Positions 50,208-64,000 are shown, counted from the first letter of the stretch. The stretch is 64,000 bases of DNA from Eledone cirrhosa (GCA_964016885.1 OZ024742.1:359724001-359788000), one strand, 5' to 3'. Translations and numbers: made by a program. Notes: a model not told the origin generated them from the sequence alone.

Positions 50208-50249
50208 TATATTAAATACGATTATTCATGAACATAACTATATATATAT

Positions 50250-51002
50250 ATTTACCCCTGTGTTCTATCTTAGCATGTTGGTAGAGCACAGATGATTCTT
50301 TAAAGAATCATCTGTGCTCTACCAACATGCTAACATGCTAAGATAGAACACAGGGGTAAATTAGAGAGCATAGAAATAAAAATAGAATCCACACACAAGA
50401 AAGACGCAATGTTTAGGCAAATTACAGAGGCAGTAAGCATAAAAGAATTAAAACCAAAATTAAATAGAAAATATGAGTGGAACAGCAACATCACAACTTA
50501 CAATTAAGGACAAAATGAAAACACACACACACATAGAACAAACAACTTACAATTGAAAACACACACAAAATGAAAACACACACAAGACAAAATGAAAACA
50601 CACACACACATAGAACAAACAACCAACCAACAATAAATAAATAAATAAACAAACAAATATAAATAGAAAAATAGAAAAATGAACACAAACACACACAGAC
50701 ACCCGGATGTGGCGCATGCGCAAACTGAGCACGCAACCCACACACAAACAAAATGGCGTAGGATAGAAGAAAGGAAAGGCACAGAAACGAAGAAAGAAAT
50801 CCCCAGTCACTGAAGAGGTCACAGAGTGTGTGACGAAAGAACTATGACTATATATATATATAAACAACTATCTGGTTGTGGAACCAACCAACCAACCAGA
50901 AATTTATAAATTTGTAAATTTATAAATATATATTAAATTAAATTGAAGTGAAAGCAACTGGTGCGTGTGTTTCTTACTGGCAACATGACCCTCCCAAAGT
51001 AT

Positions 51003-51010
<8 letters not shown>
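50250..51010 (+). mobile_element. 5'-truncated PLE family C with terminal fold-back; HHR at 50805-50849
   Basis: 50302-51010 is near-identical to 12574-13298; hairpin 50250-50360. Confidence 0.9.
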
Positions 51011-51038
<28 letters not shown>

Positions 51039-51042
51039 ACAC

Positions 51043-51100
<58 letters not shown>

Positions 51101-51104
51101 ACAC

Positions 51105-51146
<42 letters not shown>

Positions 51147-51443
51147 TTATATATATCACCTTTATACACAGACATTACGGTGTTTCGGTGACACGTCTTT
51201 TGGTTATTGTACAGAATCGCCTCTTAATTATATTCTTTTTCTTTTGCACTGTGATAAATAAGTCAATCCCACATTCCCAGACCCCCCCCCCCCCCCCACT
51301 CCGTCTACCTCATCTTCTTCTCATTGTTGTGTTTTCTACAACAATTCCACTTTATCAATCTGTCCTCATTCTCATCATTATTTCGTTGGTTATCAATTCT
51401 TAACGTTTGAAAAGAGATTATTTTTTATTTTGCTCACTCTCTC

Positions 51444-51512
<69 letters not shown>

Positions 51513-51959
51513 CATATTCTTGAATGATTCTATCTAACAGGAGTCGCGACAGATCATTAACGGACAGTGAAGAAGAAGAAGAAGAAGAAGAAGATTGTTA
51601 TATACAATGCGGCGACCATGGTGGGTGTGAGAGGTGAAAAGATTGAAAAAATGTGAAAACAGATAGAATAAGCTAAAATAAGAAATAAAAAGAATCAGGA
51701 GACATTCCGTGCTGACCACGTAAAGAAGAGAAAAGGCTGTTTATTACAATACTGACCTTATACAAGAGAACATTCTAGCAAATAACATCAACTTACTTTT
51801 CAATTACAGTAACACTGAATGTTCACTAAAACTCTTTCTTTTGTATTAATCTTTTATTTGTTTGGACCTTCGTTCTTTCTTTCTTTTATATTTTCGTTTA
51901 TTGACCTTTTCTTCTTCTTCTTCTTCCTTTCAGAATTTTCTGGGTTTTTTTTTGTTATT

Positions 51960-52023
<64 letters not shown>

Positions 52024-52161
52024 AAAGTTAAACAAGGTTCAATGAATAAATCAAAGAATGAGTTTTACAATAGATTGGAAGCACTCAACAGTTTTGGTTT
52101 TCCAGAGTTATTAATATTAATTCAAAATATTAACAAAATAGATATTCTTATGATCAAGAAT

Positions 52162-52226
52162 ATTTTATTATACATATTTCAGAAGTACTGAGTTAACTTC
52201 AACAGTACGTCCTCATCAGATAAAAT
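52162..52226 (-). ncRNA. Type I HHR (inverted pLTR)
   Basis: Reverse-complement copy of 54575-54639 with a few substitutions. Confidence 0.78.
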
Positions 52227-52988
52227 AAGATGATGCATGACATACCCTGACATAGTAGATGGTTAAGATTCAGTCATGGTAGTGAGTAAGATATGATAAA
52301 ACTCAATATTTATATACCTTAAGATTGAGACATGAAAAAACTTACATATAATACAGAGGGTGCGTGTAAGAAAGCTTAAAAATGCATCACAGCAAATTGC
52401 ATTGCATCAATATAACTGTTAAAAAAAAATTTAAATTACTGAAGAAAGAGAAAATAATGCAACCTCTGCACAAAGGAGACCCTATTAATAATTATTAATT
52501 ATGAAAACTTAATTAACAAAAAAAGTGAATTATTCTCAAACTGCCTTCATAAAGCTTTATCTACATTCTAAGCCTCGCAAAAAGTCAGGAAAAAACACTA
52601 AACAAACAAGCTTTAATTGTTGACGTCTCTTATCAACTGTTGGACCTAAAACGTTATAACAGTTTATAAAACATTAATAATATTTTATTTTCTAATCATG
52701 TTAGATATTTATAATTTAGATTCGGATCTTTATTTATTTGTCTGTTTTAAATATATAATTTGGATATTTAATTTGTAAGTTTACCGGTTATTATTGAACC
52801 GTAGATCATTCATGCATTTGTATATTTTACTCATTTTGGGTTTGTTCTGGGACTCAGAAAGTTAGCTCTGCACTTATATACTTTTATATATATCTAGGTA
52901 TAAATATTACAAACCATACTAGTCGACAAATATTGGTCTTTCTCTCCACTGAACTGGAGGTAAAACTACAATTATAGCATTACTAATA

Positions 52989-53148
52989 ATTGTTTCTACT
53001 TTAGGCACAAGGCCAGCAATTACCCAGTACATTACTGGTACTTTATTTTATCGACCTCGTAAGGATGAAAGGCAAAGTTAACCTCGGCGGGATTTGAACT
53101 CAGACTGTAAAGGGACGTAACTATGCTAGAAAGCATGGCGTCCAACCA
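52989..53148 (-). mobile_element. Deu/Nin-domain SINE inside the PLE 3' UTR
   Basis: Tail, core and B box. Confidence 0.85.
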
Positions 53149-54574
53149 ATAATGATTGTAATTATTTATTTATTAAATGTATATCGTTTCATTAATACCC
53201 ATAATTCTCTCTATATATAGTTGTACAAATATGTGTATCTAGTGTAATAACATGCTCCTAGTTACATTTACAAATAATTTAGATACTCAAATGACTCACT
53301 ATTGTTATAAGTGTTAGATATTCCCTGGATCTTCGAAATTATATAATGATGATTACTTAATTTAATATAATTTAATTTATTTTTAATTAAATTTAGATTA
53401 CCTTCGGCTTTTTCAAGTCTTTAGCTCCTCTTTTTATCACATTCGCTGGACACTTTAGAAGTATATTTTGTCTACTATATATTAAAACCCTCTTACATTT
53501 TAAACTATATTTTTAATATTGGATATTTTTATGTTTCGCAAACAATTCATTATTTTTCACTTTTTATTTTTATTTTTATTTTTATTTTGTATCCAGCCTT
53601 AGGACTCGTGTAGTTTTGACTTATATATTTATAGTATATATCAATTAAATGATCCTTTTACAATAATTGATCTAAAGCATTAATTTTTAACAATATTTTC
53701 AGTAATGTATTTACTATATTGTATTATTGTATTATGTTATGTATATTTGAAAGGTATCACCTTAAGTCTTTAGACAATATAATTTTTTTATATATTTTTT
53801 GATTAACACATATATGTAATTTAAAACTCAGACCTCGTTAAGTTTAATTATAAGGCCTGTTTATCCTTTAGGCACTCAAATTGTTAATCATAAATTCTTT
53901 AAAAATTATAACTGTAATTATTTTCTAAATTATATTATATAAACGGTTGTCAATATTATAAATAATTTTGGTAAAGTTTACCTTCGTGAGGTTGTAAAAC
54001 CATTATGTTTTCTTTCTCGTGTTTGTAAATCCTTTAAATTTGATTTCATAAAATTTGATTTTAGAAATTAAACTTGATAGGTTTTAAAAGTTAATAGGTA
54101 TTAATATTAAAGTATACTAAGATATTATTCATTACTCTGAACTAACTTAAATTAAATATTTTGAATATTAACGGTCAACCAAATAAGTTTAGATATATAT
54201 TGCATATATGGATAATTGTTTAAAAACTTGAACATAAATTATTCCCCTTTGTCTCTCTTTCTCTCTCTCTGTAATCAACTCTCTTTTGTCTTTCGAGGCA
54301 ACTACTAACTATAGTATCCCATCAGCTGTTTTCTTCCTCTTTGCTTTCCTTTCTTTCCTCTTTCTTCAGTAATTTAAATTTTTTGTAACAGTCATATTGA
54401 TGTAATGCATTTTTTTAAGCTGTCTCACACGCACCCTCTCTATTATATGTATTATATATTTTTCTCATGTTCTTAATATTAAGGTATATAAATATTGAGT
54501 TTTGTCATATATTACTCACTACCATGACTGAATCTTAACCATCTACTATGTCAGAGTATGTCATACATCATCTT

Positions 54575-54639
54575 ATTTTATCTGATGAGGACGTACTGTT
54601 GAACTTAACTCAGTACCTCTGAAATATGTATAATAAAAT
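54575..54639 (+). ncRNA. Type I HHR
   Basis: ATTTTAT CTGATGA GGAc GTACTG..CAGTAC CTCt GAAA TATGTA TA ATAAAAT; same stem I as 30461-30529. Confidence 0.8.
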
Positions 54640-54680
54640 ATACTTGGTCACAAGAATATCTATTTTGTTAATATTTTGAA

Positions 54681-54745
<65 letters not shown>

Positions 54746-55008
54746 ACGGCGATGAATTAGTTTTGCGAGGTTTTTTATATGAAATCGTGTGTCGAAACAA
54801 ATATTGTTATACTTGGGGAGGGTCATATTTGTGTAATATTGCCAGAATTAATAACAGAACACACTCACTGTTTGGTTGGTTTTCGCTTTTCGCTTCTGTG
54901 TCTTTTATATCGGTAATCTAACTTACTCGGTCCTCAATGTTGCCATTGACTGACCAACGGTCAAAAATAATACAGATACAATATAGACACAAACACATAT
55001 ATATAGTT

Positions 55009-55052
55009 TATCAAAGTTCTTTCGTTGCACATCTGCAACATCGTCAGTGGTG
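55009..55052 (-). ncRNA. Minimal type I HHR (family C2)
   Basis: CACCA CTGACGA t GTTGCA-gatg-TGCAAC GAAA GaaC TT TGATA; same layout as 13088-13132. Confidence 0.65.
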
Positions 55053-55325
55053 CTATTGTTTCCTTCCGTTACATTGTATGTCTACGCCATCTTTATTTAG
55101 TCTGTTTATATATTTATTTATTTATTTGTTTGTTTGTTTATTTTATTTTGTCTTCTTTGCGCATGCGTTTGCGTGTGTGTATAGTGTTTTGTTTGATGTG
55201 TGTTCGTGATTGGGTGACTGTGTATTGGTTAATGTATTCTATGTTTACTAGTGTGTGTTTATATGTTTGTTGTTATTGTGCTTGTGTATGTATTTATTTA
55301 TTTATTTATCTATTTATTTATTTAT

Positions 55326-57661
55326 TTATACTTCTCTTAGGTCAGTGTTGTTTGTTTGGGTGTTGTTGTTATTCCATTCGTTCTTTCTGTTTAGTCTTGT
55401 CCTTCTAAGTTCTATTTCACTGGCCTCTCTGATTTGCCTATCTGCTGGGTCATTTCTATCTTTAGATATTATTCTAATTTCTATGTTGTCTATGTTACCG
55501 TCGTGTTGTTGTCTGGCATGTTCGTATAGTACTGAACCGTTTTTTCGTCCTTTTAGTTCCCCCCAGTGTTGGTCTATCCTTTCACCTATGCTACGAACTG
55601 TCTCGCCTATGTATGTTGTTGTCATGTTTCTGCAAGTATCCTCTGTACATCTTATGCTATAGACTACGTTTCTAGTTTTACAGTTTATCCGGGGTTTTAC
55701 CTTACATATGATACATTTCCTATTAGTACAGTGGGTTTTCTTAAAAGGGTAGGTTTTGCTGATCAGGGATTTTATGGTGGTTCCTGGCTTTTCTACCGCC
55801 TTAATCTTTAAGTGGGTCTTTCTCAGGGCCTTTCTACACTGGTTAGCTAATTTCCCTCCAGGGGAAGCGTCCACAAACATGACACTCTGGTATCTCTGGT
55901 TGTCGTACCATGAGTTGGCTTTCCCTATCTTATGTCTAGCCCTATCTAAGCTATTCCATGATTTGCTCCTGTATAATGGGCAAATTCCTTTCATGTCCAG
56001 TTCTATGAGGGTCTTATACTTCTCCATGGCTCCTTCGTATACTCTGACTCTGTCTCTTTGGTTGTAGCCAGAGAACTGCATGCGGTTGATGAAGTGTTGG
56101 ATGTGTCTTTCCATTTCTGTTGGGTCGCACATGCGGGACACATTCTTCATCACTCGTACCAAATCTGCTGAGTTTTTGAGTATCAGGTATTTGGAGGCCA
56201 TGGGTTTAGCATAGTGTGAGTGGAGAATTTGGGCTCTCTCGTCTATAGTGTTAATCCAGAGTTCCGTCTCTAATACAGGTAGTCTATTGTTAGGGTGTTT
56301 GGAAGGGTAGTCGATAGTTACAGTTATACTCTGGTGTATGGAATTAGCTATCTGCTGGATGCTTTCCATTGTGCTACGTTCTAAATCAAACTTGTTAATG
56401 CTCTCTAGTGGGGATGTTCTTATTACTATATTGATATCGTCTACGTAACGAGAGTACATGATGAGGTCTATGGAGCTCTCATTAAGGAGATCTTTAAGTC
56501 TCCTTTCCCACCATACCATAAAAAGGTTGGCAACATCACCAGCTATGCTGACGCCAATGGCTGCTCCCTCATTTGGGTGTAGATCTTCTCGTTGAACTTG
56601 AATATGTGGCCCTTTAGGGTAGTTTTGATACTAGCCCCTATTGCATGTGCGACCATTTTTCTAACCTGGTCATTGTTTTGGGGGGTCCGTATAGCTTTGG
56701 TCCGCTCAATCCACCTCCCCATGGGAGTCTTTTTTGCCATTGAGGTTATGGTGGGGTGTCTACCTCTTATGGGTCTACTAGGGCAGAAACGTCTAAGGTC
56801 ATGGCTGTCTAGGTAGTCAGTGTCGTAGGTAAGTCTAAGTAGGAGGCCCAGTTCGTCTGTGTCGACGTCGCAGAACTCCACCTCACTCTCAATGATCATC
56901 TCCACACATTTTTCTACAGCAAAATCAATGTTAATGGATGGGTACAGTGATACCACATCCATGCTGCCTATTATGCAGTTGGATAGGTTCCTGTTTTTGT
57001 TGCACTCACTGATTCTGCTGAGGAGGTCCTCTGTACTGTCACATACATCTGGGGACATCTTAATTATGGGGCGTATAACCATTGAGAGGAAGTAGGAGAT
57101 CCTGTAGTTGCTAGCTATATTAGCTCTGCATACGGGTCTTGTTGGTAGTCCTGTTGTCGGGTCGTCGACTGTCTTGTGGTTTTTGCGGAGCCCATACAAG
57201 GGTGGTATGCCATTGTTAGACGCCTGGAAGTTGTTGGCAGTGCGTCTGCTTGGCTTTAGGATGTCAGTCCACATCATCATGTGAGCGTTGAGGATTTTCT
57301 CTCTCCCATTATGTGTTTGCTGTGCAATTTCGCTCGTGTTGGTGATGTGGGGTTGCATAGCCTTGATGTAGTTCAGCATGCTATATATTGACATCCTACC
57401 AGACTTACCTGTGGGTAGACATACTACCTCACCATCCCTTGTGCGCTGCTTGAGGCTAACCAAGCCTTCTACAGGTTTCCCCCCAAGTTGTTGGGCCTCT
57501 GGTCTGCTCTGTCTCTTAGTATACCTGTTTACTATTTGTCTAATATTATTTCTAGCTATGGTGAACTGTGCCTCTGTCTCGTCATCTATTTGTTGTGGTA
57601 TGAAAACTCTTTTATTAAAGGGTAACCTCGTAGGATAGATATTACCCATCTTAGAAAACAT
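55326..57661 (-). pseudogene. PLE RT + GIY-YIG, frameshift near 56570
   Basis: PPLYGLRK, TRPVC, MDVVSLYPSI, GAAIG, YSRYVDD, NCKTRNVVY..YIGET. Confidence 0.92.
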
Positions 57662-57691
57662 ATAAGATGGGTAATATCTCTCCTACGAGGT

Positions 57692-57758
<67 letters not shown>

Positions 57759-58374
57759 TGGAAAATGTGTGTAATCCTTGGTACAGTTAGGTATATTAAG
57801 ACAGGGGGGAAGAAAAAAATGGCTTCACTTGTGCTTTCAACAAATTTATTTTCTTCACAAAATCCCAAAAGAATTTTTTTCCGGATTAGAAAAATTTTTT
57901 TATTAAAAAAAAATATTTTATAAATTAAGTTGTTGGTTGGTGGTTAGGTCTTAGGAGTTCTTGGTTAACGTAGGAGGTATTGTTTCGTTTTTAGAACGAC
58001 CTTTCACGCTGAGGTGCGCTTGTCAAACTGATGTGTATGTGGTGTGTTGTTCTATATATAGGGATTTAACATGTCTGTGGTGTGGTGGGGGGTTTTTTCT
58101 CCCGCTTTAATAAGTGTAGGGGTGTAGGTGTGTTGAAAAAGTGTTAATAGCAGTAATGAGTTGAGACGGTGAGTAGGGTTTGGTGGGGAGAAATGTAACA
58201 AGTGCGGCCTGCCCCGGTCATTCTCGAAAAATTCCTTTATTCAGGGGAAAAAGCTTTTAGTATTCCTTTGTGTTGAGAATGGTCATAGGCAAACCGCACC
58301 TGCCAAGCTTGTAAACAATTATTTTTTTCTGAAGGATTTTTCTACGTCCATCCCCAAATTTGTCCTTTGTTCAA

Positions 58375-59730
<1,356 letters not shown>

Positions 59731-59813
59731 TCACCGTTCACTCAGATATTCATGTGTACACATAAGAAGAGGGGGGGGGGTAGTGAAATGGAATTTTACC
59801 TCCGAGTGTTAAT

Positions 59814-62144
59814 TCATTTTTTCGTGTTCAGTAGTGGTTTAAATTTTTCAATGAAGAATTCTTCTTTATATCTGCGGAAATGTTCGTTATCCGACCATAT
59901 CTTGAAGAAAGGGAAGATTGTGAATTTTCCCTTCCCGCATAATGCAAAGTGTGCGCTACATGTGGTATTTCTGACTGTGGGGTCTTTAATTTGTTGTTTA
60001 TGTACCCGGACTCTATCATGTAATCCCGTTCCGGTTTCCCCAATGTAATACTCTTTACACTGTGGACATGTTGCGCAATATATTAGGTTTTTCGTTTTGC
60101 AGTTCATGTTTGCATTGACCTTGAAATTATCATGGTTTTTGAAGGACAACTGTTTGCCCTCTTCGATGAGTTCACAGGTTCCACATCTAGGGTCCCCGCA
60201 TTTCGTCACTTGCATTGATTCCATGTTGGTCGTAAATTTTGCCTTGGTAATTAGCTTTTTAAGGTTGGGTGCTTGGCGTCTGCTATAAATTATCTGTGTG
60301 TTTTTTAAGAGTGCATTCATTTTGGTAGATTGCTGTAGAATCGGGAGATACTGCTTAGCAGTTTTCACAATGTTCATGTTCCCTGGGTTGTGAGTGATGA
60401 CAAAAGAGATAGCAGGGTTTTCTTTTTCATGTTGTGGGTTTGGTTTTCTCGGTGTTGTTATTGGGATGTTCTTAGCCTTGGAGATGGCAGCGTTGATGAG
60501 TTTCATCGGGTATTCTTGTTTTTTAAGGAATTTTTTCAGGTCACATAATCTTTTTTCTTGTAGTACGGGGTGTGTTGCTATAGTGCAGATGCGCCTTGCC
60601 ATGTTGAAGGGAATGTTCCTTTTCGTATGTGAGGGGTGTGCTGACCGGAAATTTAAGTATTGGTGTGTGTTAGTGGGTTTGCAAAATAGGTCCGTTATGA
60701 TATTTTCCCCTTCTTTAATGATGAGGATATCTAGAAAGGGCAGTTCCTTTTCGTTACATTCCATAGTGAATTGTATAGCTTCATGAAGCCTGTTTAAGAT
60801 CGAATAAAATTTTTGTAGGTCTGTTTGGCTTCTGTTCCAGAAGATGAAGCAGTCATCTAGGTAACGTTTCCAGTTTTTATTAATGTAGAAGGCGAAGTCT
60901 TGACTGAATGTTATCTGTAGTTGGGAATATAATTTTGCCTCTAAGTGACCCATAACGAGCGTTGCATATGTAGGGGCCACTTTCGTACCCATGGCTGTTC
61001 CTTTTATTTGTAGATAAAGTTCGTTGTCAAAGAGGAAGTGGTTGTTTTCCAATACTAATTTAAGTCCTTCCAAGATGAATTCTTTGGGGAATCTTTCTGA
61101 AATGTGACTTGAGTGTTTTGTAATCCAGAAGTCCACAGCTTCAATCCCTAGGTCGTGTGGGATGTTAGTGTACAGGCTTATTACATCAAAACTGACTAGG
61201 ATTCTATACTGGTGTACTTTTTGGGGGATATAGTTAAGGAATTCCATATCATCTCTGATGTAGCTTGGAACTTTTTTACATAGGGGTTTGAGTATGATGT
61301 CTATTAGGTTGCTTAGACGCTGTGTGCTTGAGGCTGGGCCAGCAATAATGGGGCGTAATTTTAAGTCTGTCGGTTTTGATGCTTCGATGTATGATGTATT
61401 TTTCCCTTTTATGTTGTTTTGGATTTCTATGGATTTGTGAATTTTTGGTAATCCATAGAAATTGCTGGTTTTCATTTCGAAGTTGGTTAGGTAATCTACT
61501 TCTTTTGGTGTTAGGTTGTTTTGGTACTTTGTTGTTAGTTTGCCTATTTGGTTCCTCGATTTCCTTTCGTCGTTTTTAGTGATTTTCCTGTAGAAGTTTT
61601 CGTCATTCAAGTGTGCTAGAACCATATCTTTGTAGTGGTTTGTGTCCATGATGATGATTGCTCCACCTTTGTCCGCTTCTTTTATTATTATTGAGGAATC
61701 CCTTTGTAGCTTGTTCAATGGTAGTAGTTGGACTGTAGGGATGTTGCGTTTGTGTTTCGTCTCGGCCGTATTTGTGCGTGCTGATCGGCGAAGGCAGGTT
61801 ATGTACTCCTCCAGTTATTTATCTCTATTTAGCGGGGGTGTGAAGTTCTTTTTGTTTTTCACCAGTGATTCTTCCTCGTATTGTACACCCTGGAAGAATT
61901 CTCCTAAGCGTAATTTTCGACAGTATTCTTCTGTGTCTTTTATAACATCGGCTGTATCTGTTTTCGGAGTGGGAGTGAACTTCAGTCCATTTTCTCACAG
62001 TTGTATTTCTGGTTGTGTTAATTTCTTGGCTGATATATTGATTATTTTTGGTTCGATTGGTTCTTTCTCGTCAGGTGCCACTTGAAAGGTGGTGCTTTTT
62101 TCTTTTTTTCTTTCATTTGGTGCGAGGCCCCTAGTCCTAAAAAA
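59814..62144 (-). pseudogene. PLE RT + GIY-YIG (Neptune-like); intact 59814-61718, two nonsense codons upstream
   Basis: KIINIS..L*ENGLKFTPTP..CRKLRL, EADKGG, FYGLPKIHK, DVISLYTNIPH, GTAMG, WKRYLDD, CGDPRCGTC, NLIY..YIGET. Confidence 0.93.
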
Positions 62145-63256
62145 TGGGTGCCATTTGGGATAGGGGTGTTTCTGTTGTGGTGAAACCTTTGGCCCGCCGG
62201 AACTTCATGCCGGTAACTGGTTGGGCGATAGACTCTTGCGTGGTCGTTGCTGTATGGGAGTCTGGTTCTTCTGTTGTTTCGTTCAGTATTCATGTGACTT
62301 TGATTTTGTCTCCGGTAATTGTTCTTGGTGTTATGGCAGTGGCTGTATCTGGTTCTGGTGTTGAGTATTGGGTCTGTATGTAGTTGTGTGTTTGGGGTTA
62401 CCCAATATCTGGTTGTTGTTGGTTTATTGTGTGTGGGTGCTTCATTTCTTGTGTTGTTGTATTTTCCTGAGTTCTGGGGTTTCCTATGGGTTTGTTTTCT
62501 GGGTTTTATTTGGTCTTTCCCATAGTTATCTTCATATTCTTGAAGCCATTGAGTTCTTGACTCCAAGATTTTCTTTGATTTTAACTCCTCTCTAGTTGTA
62601 TCTGTCTGCCATAGGTTAAGGAGTTTTTCACGTACATTGCCGCTGCTTCTTTTGTTTATTTCCTCTTGGATGGTGGTGTCGCATTTTTCAAATTTCTCTT
62701 TGAATTTTGGCACTCTTAGGCGGAGTAGGGTGATTTCGGTCTCAAGTGTTTGGAGTGCTAGATTTAGTCTTGTTGCAGTTTCTTCCTTTGATTCCGATGG
62801 TATTTCTTTAATTCGGAATTTTCTCGGGAGGATAACTGGTTCCTTGCTACGCCATATTTCGTATGTGTCTGCTAGGTTTTCACTCCTCAAGGCTTTCCAG
62901 TATGCCTGTTTTCTTTGATTTAATAGTTGGTTCCAAATGTTTTTCATTTGGTTTCTTTTTCTGTAGGCTTCTTTTTCTAGATTCAGTTCATTCCATTCTT
63001 TGAATGCATTATTGGTGATGGAGTTCTGTTCATGTGTAGCTATTTCAGGGGAAAAGGTTTGTTCTTGTTTTTGTCGGTCTGTAATTAGTGAATCAAGTTT
63101 TTCCCTATAGCTGCGTGTTTGTTGTTCCATTTCTTGGACGGCATTCGTAAGGGAATCATATTTATCTATTATTATGGTGAGTTTTTCTGATATTTCCTGT
63201 AGTAGTGTCTCCGATTTGAAGGATTCAGTAGAGGATTTTGAACGTGTGTTAGCCAT
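62042..63256 (-). CDS. PLE ORF1, 404 aa, helical/coiled-coil-like N-part and basic disordered C-part
   Basis: ATG 24 nt after the 5' pLTR, uninterrupted, non-repetitive; overlaps the RT frame. Confidence 0.75.
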   Translation of the reverse strand: MANTRSKSSTESFKSETLLQEISEKLTIIIDKYDSLTNAVQEMEQQTRSYREKLDSLITDRQKQEQTFSPEIATHEQNSITNNAFKEWNELNLEKEAYRKRNQMKNIWNQLLNQRKQAYWKALRSENLADTYEIWRSKEPVILPRKFRIKEIPSESKEETATRLNLALQTLETEITLLRLRVPKFKEKFEKCDTTIQEEINKRSSGNVREKLLNLWQTDTTREELKSKKILESRTQWLQEYEDNYGKDQIKPRKQTHRKPQNSGKYNNTRNEAPTHNKPTTTRYWVTPNTQLHTDPILNTRTRYSHCHNTKNNYRRQNQSHMNTERNNRRTRLPYSNDHARVYRPTSYRHEVPAGQRFHHNRNTPIPNGTHFLGLGASHQMKEKKKKAPPFKWHLTRKNQSNQK

Positions 63257-63630
63257 TCTGTCTTGTACAAGGGGATAGAATATTGGAAAATGTGTGTAAT
63301 CCTTGGTACAGTTAGATATACTAAGACAGGGGGGAAGAAAAAAATGGCTTCACTTGTGCTTTCAACAAATTTATTTTCTTCACAAAATCCCAAAAGAATT
63401 TTTTTCCGGATTAGAAACAATTTTTTATTAAAAAAAATTATTTTATAAATTAAGTTGTTGGTTGTTGGTTAGGTCTTAGGAGTTCTTGGTTAACGTAGGA
63501 GGTATTGTTTCGTTTTTAGAACGACCTTTCACGCTGAGGTGCGCTTGTCAAACTGATGTGTATGTGGTGAGTTGTTCTATATATAGGGATTTAACATGTC
63601 TGTGGTGTGGTGTGTATATATATGTATATA

Positions 63631-63709
<79 letters not shown>

Positions 63710-63764
63710 ATGTATGTGTATATATGTATGTGTGTATGTATGTATTTGTATGTGTATGTGTATG

Positions 63765-63805
<41 letters not shown>

Positions 63806-63892
63806 ATATATATATAGATATAGATATATGTGTATATGTATGTATATGTGTGTATGTGTCTGTATGTGTTTGTGTGTACATATATGTATATA

Positions 63893-63959
<67 letters not shown>

Positions 63960-64000
63960 ATGTGTGCGTGTATGTGTATATATGTATATTTAGTTATGTA

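Larger units (their letters stand above)
52020..54690 (+). mobile_element. Decayed WFN-type PLE remnant with inverted pLTRs and ~2-kb AT-rich 3' UTR
   Basis: Arms 52109-52322 / 54478-54690; relic YENLINKKSELFSNCLHK at ~52500-52553 resembles family B end LLNSK..CRHK. Confidence 0.7.
54742..57692 (-). mobile_element. 5'-truncated PLE family C2 between (TA)n tracts
   Basis: RT + GIY-YIG, 3' UTR, pLTR; fold-back 57623-57692 at the truncation point. Confidence 0.92.

Noticed and set aside
57969-58033. HHR in Neptune-like PLE 2 pLTR (TTGACAA GCGC-acctca-GCGT GAAA; copy at ~63494-63558)
   Set aside because: Core and stem II fit, but consistent stems I and III could not be paired; left uncalled
61815-61997. 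In-frame TGA as possible selenocysteine/readthrough codon in the PLE RT frame
   Set aside because: It aligns to Leu in the paralogue and a second stop (TAA) follows; ordinary decay is simpler

Overview
Eukaryotic, gene-free, repeat-saturated DNA. The host is probably an octopod cephalopod; this is inferred from the abundant tRNA-derived Deu/Nin-domain SINE and the (TA)n/(CA)n/(TATG)n landscape. Bases 1-10624 are a 25-bp G/A-rich minisatellite. The rest is a pile-up of retroelements inserted in microsatellites. There are about 10 Penelope-like elements (PLEs; RT + C-terminal GIY-YIG) from at least 4 families, including two Neptune-like copies (16731-21540 +, 57757-63612 -). Also present are an R4/Dong-like RLE LINE in (TAA)n, CRE-, RTE- and other RLE-LINE fragments, SINE clusters, and many solo pseudo-LTR (pLTR) fold-backs. 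Folding by hand gives more than 20 type I hammerhead ribozyme (HHR) motifs, many with the U3:A8 (UUGANAA) core variant. Three results stand out. (i) ORF-less 320-nt and 562-nt HHR units in tandem/inverted arrays look like retrozymes, with stem covariation between subfamilies. (ii) Two diverged Neptune-like PLEs share CCATTTTTTAG (slippery T TTT TTA, in phase) at an ORF1/RT -1 overlap, suggesting gag-pol-like programmed frameshifting. (iii) Inverted duplications of flanking DNA and head-to-head fusion of different PLE families recur, pointing to twin priming/fold-back at (TA)n. All structures and family assignments were made by eye; no alignment or folding program was run.
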